Source: Ranitomeya imitator (taxonomy: Eukaryota). Taken from it: 64,000 nt of DNA. Every line of letters starts with the position of its first letter. Position 1 is the stretch's first letter. The notes under the pieces are model-generated. The model searched no databases, was not told the DNA's origin, and worked only from the letters and a program-made list of their open reading frames with translations. The position numbers were made by a program, and so were the translations under genes. The stretch lies in contig NC_091291.1 of NCBI RefSeq assembly GCF_032444005.1, positions 144,150,001 through 144,214,000 of the forward strand, written 5' to 3'. This document shows, piece by piece, positions 63,221 to 64,000 of the stretch.

Positions 63221-64000
63221 TGCTGACAACCAGCCTGTGTATCATGTAGAGAGGTTGTCAGCCCCGCCCCCAGTGATGACATCACTGATATAATGACCTG
63301 TGATCAGGCAGGAGACCACGCACCGTATACTACGACACCAGCTCATCATCTATCACTGCTGACAACCAGCCTGTATATCATGTAGAGAGGTTGTCAGCCC
63401 CGCCCCCTCATCTATCACTGCTGACAACCTGCCTGTATATCATGTAGAGAGGTTGTCAGCCCCGCCCCCAGTGATGACATCACTGATATAATGACCTGTG
63501 ATCAGGCAGGAGACCACGCACCGTATACTACGACACCAGCTCATCATCTATCACTGCTGACAACCTGCCTGTATATCATGTAGAGAGGTTGTCAGCCCCG
63601 CCCCCTCATCTATCACTGCTGACAACCTGCCTGTATATCATGTAGAGAGGTTGTCAGCCCCGCCCCCAGTGATGACATCACTGATATAATGACCTGTGAT
63701 CAGGCAGGAGACCACGCACCATATACTACGACACCAGCTCATCATCTATCGCTGCTGACAACCAGCCTGTATACATGTGAGAGGTTGTCAGCCCCGCCCC
63801 CTCATCTATCACTGCTGACAACCAGCCTGTGTATCATGTAGAGAGGTTGTCAGCCCCGCCCCCGGTGATGACATCACTGATATAATGACCTGTGATCAGG
63901 CAGGAGACCACGCACCATATACTACGGCACCAGCTCATCATCTATCACTGCTGACAACCTGCCTGTATATCATGTAGAGAGGTTGTCAGCCCCACCCCCT
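63221..64000. repeat. 198-bp higher-order repeat (136 + 62 bp subunits), runs off the right edge
   Basis: ctgacaacc recurs at 63223, 63359, 63421, 63557, 63619, 63755, 63815, 63951. Confidence 0.93.

Overview
Eukaryotic, intron-rich vertebrate DNA; the repeat families and element ends look anuran, probably a neobatrachian frog (inference). I hand-assembled three genes from splice signals and protein similarity. FAM118B is on + (SIR2-like; coding exons 11507-18593 plus probable small terminal exons at 40343 and 41925). A complete SRPRA is on - (14 exons, 58502 to 43792, 644 aa). The probable first exon of FOXRED1 is on + (58790-58928), head-to-head with SRPRA across a ~290-bp bidirectional promoter, as in human 11q24. 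About half the window is minisatellite, with a different unit in nearly every intron. Mobile elements: an apparently intact 6.06-kb L1 inserted with a 15-16-bp TSD into an 86-bp satellite, a CR1-like 3' fragment in another satellite, three Tc1-family elements (one foldback), a hAT-type element carrying a 3.2-kb CACGTG array, Harbinger-like MITEs, a probable Helitron 3' end, and a V-SINE whose Pol III A-box head is amplified ~45-fold. Most long ORFs in the track are translated tandem repeats, not genes. Best leads: the intact L1 in the satellite, the SINE-head-derived minisatellite, and a 680-nt candidate alternative terminal exon in frame with FAM118B.
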